This document shows, in pieces, positions 27,401 to 33,400 of a DNA stretch of 51,563 bases. This DNA comes from Stramenopiles sp. TOSAG23-3 (taxonomy: Eukaryota). How positions within the stretch are numbered: position 1 is the stretch's first letter; each line of letters begins with the position of its first letter. Location: NCBI GenBank assembly GCA_900128585.1, contig LT642162.1, forward strand, positions 1 to 51,563. Reading direction: 5' to 3'. Both the position numbers and the translations under genes were made by a program. Below the pieces are notes generated by a model. That model had not been told where the DNA came from. It did not search any database and was given only the letters and a program-made list of their open reading frames with translations.

Positions 27401-30400
27401 CATTTATATTACTGGTAGGTGTAACATCAACCGTTTCACTGCATGTAAAGATTAATGCCCTACCTCCAGCTGCTGCGTTATCATCTAAGCTTATCGTTAC
27501 AGACTGAACAATTGGTGAAGTGACATCTGGCAATTCAGTTACATTTATACCGGCGACAGCTTGATTATTAACTTGCCCAATGTCCAAGATGAAACCTCCA
27601 AGAACATCTAGAACTGCCGATCCTCCATCTCCACCGGGTGTTCCAGATATTGCAATGGCTTGGGCCCTCACTGCTTCTAACATACGTATCGTAAACGACG
27701 TGCTATCAGCAGTAGTTAAAAGGTCTGAACCGGCCAATAAGACTGTCTGAGAACTTGTCGACTGCGATAGGTACAGTTTTGAACTGGCCACCTTATCTGC
27801 AGGCGTCAGATCAACCCGTTCAGAAATATTAAAACTGATGTCACCATTGTCATAGTTAACAATAACACCTGTTATAAATGGACGAATGACATCTGGAGAT
27901 TCTGTTACAGCAAGTCCTGGACTTACAGCGCTTGGGTTTGTCGCTAAGTCATATACGGCTGTGGAAAGTACATCCACTATCAAAGCGCTCCCATCACCGC
28001 CAGGGCTGCCGGACTGCTCAATGGCAGAGACTCGGTCTGCCTCCGTTAAGGTAATTGTAATAGATGTGCCATCAGACGGCACATAAACCCCGTCATCAAG
28101 ACTTAGTAGCGCGCCAGACCCAGACGTATTACCAATGAAAACTTGTCCCAGTTGCACCGATTGATTAACACCATAATATGCGCTTCTGTCGGTTTTGTCT
28201 AAATTTATTGTTTCTGACGCACCCAAGATTAATATACCAGTACTCAAATTTATGTCGGCAGTTACAAATCTGGGGCGGGTGGTATCAAAATGTACAAGGT
28301 TGTTCGTAACCACGGCTGCATCATTTCCTCCCCTATCCTGGTATGATACTTGCACAGAGTAATCGACCCCGTCGATTAAAAGATCGGATGGAACAGGAGA
28401 AACGATATCATTATTATTCTTCATTGTTTGAAAGTTATCACCGTGAACAGTGACCTCGAACGTTCCCTGAAGCCTATTGCTTAGAATAAACTCTCGCGGG
28501 CCATTTCCATCGGCAAGCGAGCTAGCCGGGGTCACTATGAGCTTGATGGTTCCTGACAAAGGGTCTTCAGGCAACGTGAACGCCAAGAGAAATGCTGCTG
28601 GCACCCGATCGTAAGCTAATGGTTCTGTTGTTGTGGGAGGTTGGGTAAAAGTACCGACGTACGTAACCCGATCGTGCTGTACAGACGCAGCAGGGTTTCC
28701 TACAGAGTCCCTGTAGCTCAGCACTACCGTATATTTCACACCATCGACCAGATTGACAGCTGGCGAAATGCTTGCCACTTTCCCCGAGTCTTTGAAGGTG
28801 GTAAACACCGCCGTGGTAATGTTGTGTGACCCTACCGTCTCTATTTGTGACGAAAATGTGACAACTCTTGCGGCTGTGGTGTCCTGGATAACCGATAGAG
28901 CATTTTCAGGTCTGAATATCATTTGGACTGTCCCCGGCTTAGGCGTTTCTGGAAGTTTGAAGGATATCAAAAATATATCACTTATGTACTCGTCCGTCTG
29001 CGGTGTCTTAAACGTGGGCGTTAATGTGTGATTCCCAGAATAACCGACTCTACCCTGGGTGAAGGAGGCGATAGGATTTCCTGCTCTATCTTGGTATTGT
29101 AACGTGAAATTATAGACAGCCCCATCCACCAGATTTTGTGCCGGCGTCACAGACACAACAGCGGCATTATCTGCAGCCGCAGTAGTCAGGTTATTAATTG
29201 TCGTAATGTGAGACCCGAATGTCCCAATACTGTCCGCGAATACAACTACCCTTGACGCTGTAGTGAAGTCTGGAACCTCGTCAGCTGTGCTGACGCAAAC
29301 GATCAGTAATTTCAAAGAGCCACTCAATGCATTTTCTTTCAGGACAAAATCTACATCAAAAGCGACAGGCACGAACCCTACTGGCGACGCCATAGACGGT
29401 TTGATGGTCGCCTGGCCAGAAAAATATAGACGTTGCGTATTCGAAAATGCAGCATCATTTGTGGCTACATCTTGATAATTAAGTCGAAAATCGTATACCA
29501 TGCCATCAACGAAGTCGTTAGCATTACCTACGGCTGCTACTTGGGCTAGGGCGTTGGTCAAGTTTGACAGTATTGTGAATTGCATTTGGTGTGAGCTTGC
29601 TTGCTCGACGCTACTGGAAAATGTGATTGTGCGTGTGCCGCCGTTGTCTGCAATGGTCGGATGCGACGCTAAATTGTCTGCTACAAATGTCATTTTAACA
29701 GAGCCACTAAGTGCCGTCTCTGGAATAGTAACATTAAGGATAAAATCTGTGGTGACGTACGAGCCATCTGGCGGAAAGAGAACCGTGGGAGTCTCTGTGA
29801 AGGTATCATAAACCATGCCTGTAACTACGTCGATTGCCGCATCATTATTTGCTGTATCCTTATACGACAATGTCACCGTATAGGGAGACATGTGCACAAG
29901 GTCAATTGCTGGGCTGACTGAAGCAATAAAGCTAAGAGAAGAAGCCGCGGAGGAAAATCCAGTCATTAAACTCGATGCGGTGAACGTTCCGGCACTCTCG
30001 CCAGCAGATGTAAACAGAACTGAACGAGTACCATTAGAATCATATGCTTCCCCGCCGCTCTCGGGGCTAAACAACAGTTGTACAGATCCTGGAAGTGCAT
30101 CTTCCGGCAGCACAAAAGTAATTTGAAATGCAACCTTGACGGGAAAGTTGCTGCCAATAGACTGCAGGGTCGGCGTTCGTGTAAACGTATCAAACACAAT
30201 CACCACCGTAGGGGATGACGCTTCCTCATTATTAACAATGTCCTTCATGTTCATTGCAATAAGGTATGTAACTCCATCCACCAAGTCAATGGCAGGTGAA
30301 ACAGAAATAATATCCGAAGACTGGCCAGCTAAAATGCTAAGATTTGTCATTGGGATCGTATGGGAACCAACACTATCAAACGATGCATTTAGTATAAGAG

Positions 30401-33400
30401 TGCGTTTTCCAGCATCGTCTCCACCAGCAGGTGTAAAGACCAGTGACATAGAGTCTGGGAGAGCTGTTTCACTTACGGCAAATTTAAAGTCAAAGTTGAC
30501 TTTCACTCGCGTTTGGCTAACAGGCAAGCTCACCGCAGGTGGGTCGGTAAATGTATCAAACTCAACAGAAGTACTCAAGGCATGCGCTCTCTCGTTTCCC
30601 GCCATATCTACGTACGAACACGATATTGTGTAAAAAGCTCCATGAACAAGCGAGTTTGTCGGGGCCACTGAATCTATCGAAGCGGAGAGAGATGCTACCG
30701 AAGGTAAGTCAGTGACAGAAACTGCATGTGTCCCAACACTCTCAATCGACGAAGGGAATCGCATTTGCCTGGTCCCCGCGTTATCCACCGATCCGGATGT
30801 TCGTGAAAAAGCGACCAACACTGTCCCAGCTTTCGGTGGTTCTGGGATTGAAAATTGCAGGGTAAAGGTTTGCGCAACTTTAGTGTTCGATGCCGGCAAC
30901 GACAATGTAGGCGAAATGGTCGCATTTCCGCTAAATACAACAGCGGACTGGGTCAAAGACGACTTGATGTTACCAGGGGCATCTTGATATTCCAGAGCAA
31001 AGTCATATATCGCACCGTCGACAAGGTCTGTAGCGGGTGAAAGAGAAGCGATACCAGATAATGATGCCGAATCACTAAACGCGCCAATTGAAACGCTGTG
31101 CGTCCCAGCATTGATAACGGTGGTGTCAAATACAATCACTCGAGCTGCCGCAGTATCTGTGTTTCCTGATGCGTAAGTGATCGTTGCCTTCAAACTTCCC
31201 GCAAGGGCGTTTTCGGGAAGGGTATACAAGAAGGAAAAAGTAGTATTTATCGCTGTTTGGGTCCCGGGTCTAGTGAACACGATAGACTCCGTATTTACGT
31301 CAAACGTAACACTAGTGGCGCTATCCGTTGCAACCGGGTTCAGAACAACATCTTGGTACTGCACGGACACCGTATATTCAGTCATATGCACCAGGTCGGA
31401 CACTTTCGAAACAGCGTTTAAAATTGAACCAATTTCTGCTTGGTCCGTTACCGCAGATGTAAGAGCACCAAGCGTAAACGACTTATTGCCGTTGTCAAGC
31501 AGTCCTGATGATAAAGATAATGTGTGCGGCGCCAGACTGTCAACACTACCGCCCGTGTCGTCAAACACAAGTTTCAGTGTCCCTGCTTTCGCGCGCTCTG
31601 GTAAATTAAACAATATTGGTATTTGCTCCAGGACTACAGACGACGGCTTCGGGAGGAACAACGTTGGGTCTCTTGTACTAGACCCTGCATAAAGCACGTT
31701 TGGTACGGTGGCTTCCACAGGAGGATTTCCTCCTGCGTCGGCATATTCAATAGAAATTGAATATATGCCCCCGTCTACTAAGTTAACATTCGGGGTCACG
31801 GAAGTAAAATACTCCGCTAGCGTCGTTGCCAAGGATGTTAGATCGTAGATCGCAAGTTGGTATGCTAGTGCAAATTCTGCATTTCTATTGAGCACTAATA
31901 GCCGCTCGCCATTACCATCCTCTGCTCCCCCAGTTCTTAAAAACTTTAGCGTTACACTGCCCGGTTCTGCCAACTCTGGGATGATGAATGTTACTGGTAT
32001 TGGTGAACCTACTATTAAGGGTACGGTTATATCGGGGGCCAGCGTGGAGCCCCCTGCGTAGGTGATCAGATCGCGCGTCTGCGTCACTTCGCTGTTCGAA
32101 GCACAGTCTTGATATCTTAGTACAAACCGATAAACTGTACCGTCCACCAGATGATGGTTCCGTGGTTGAACATCCCTTAGGTAGGTGGACGCCGCCAGAC
32201 TGTCATCGTTGTAATGCCCCAGGTCAAAAAATGTAAAATTGGTGTGGTCTTGCCCACCCGCTGCTTCTAAAGCCGGCCCAAACGTAATTGTTCTTGGGCT
32301 GTAAGGATCCGCTGGTCCATCAACGCGAGTGAGCTGCAAAATTAAAGACCCCGCCAATGCCCGCTCGGGCAATCGCAGGCCGATGGTCCAGTTTTGGGGC
32401 AGCGCTACGACCCCAGAGAGTGTGTGTTTGAGTAGCCAAGAGTCGTGGGTTGCTAGGTCCAAGGTCGTATCGCCACAGAACGTCAAACCGGTTAGAAATG
32501 CGGTCGAGCGATCGTTTTGCGCTGCGTCCCGGTATTCCAAAAGAATGCTATACACTCCTCCGTCAATTAAGTCCGTGGCTGGGCTTATGCTTTTTACATC
32601 TGCAAGCCCTGCTAGCCCGGATAGTTGTTGGAACGCTCCACCTGCAATGGTTCTGACCCCGGCGGTTTCCTCCTCAAATATTATGGTCCTCGCACCTGCG
32701 CTATCCGTTTTCCCACCCGTTGGGGTAATTGTCAGTTTTAAACTATCTTCAAACGCTTTTTCGGGCAAGACGAATGTGAAATTAAATGCCGTTTTTAAAC
32801 AAGACGAATTCGCTGGACTGATGATGCGCAATGGCAAAGATTCGCCCCCATGAAATGAAATTCGTGACGTAACGGAGGATTTTGGGTTTCCGACAGGGTC
32901 TTGGTACTCTAGTGAAAGATCATAAATAGCACCGTCGACTAATTCTGTTTGAGGGGATACAGTGCTCACAACAGCCAGGTCCGCAGCCGCTGTGTGAAAA
33001 TTAGTAAATGTCATGAAATGCGAACCACGCGCCTCAATAGCGGAATTTTGGACGAATGTCAAAGTACGGACTGTGACGGGGTCGTTTTGAATGGCCGTCA
33101 AAACTAATTTGATGCTTCCAGTTAAAGGTATATCTGGGAGAGTAAATGACAAATTGAAAGACGAGGCCACCGCACTTTCATCCGCCGGATTCGTTAGTAT
33201 CGGTGTGGCCGTCGCATTGCCCGTGAATTCAATAAAGCCAACGGTCGCACTGTTCGCATCGTTTAAGACTGCGTCCCGGTAGCTTACTGTCACGTTGTAT
33301 ATTGTTCCTTCGTTCAGATCTAAGTCGGGCGCGGAAAGCGCGCCACCTTCGTCCGGCAACGCTGCAACAGATGTAATAAGCGCGCTAGAAGTCGCGGCGG

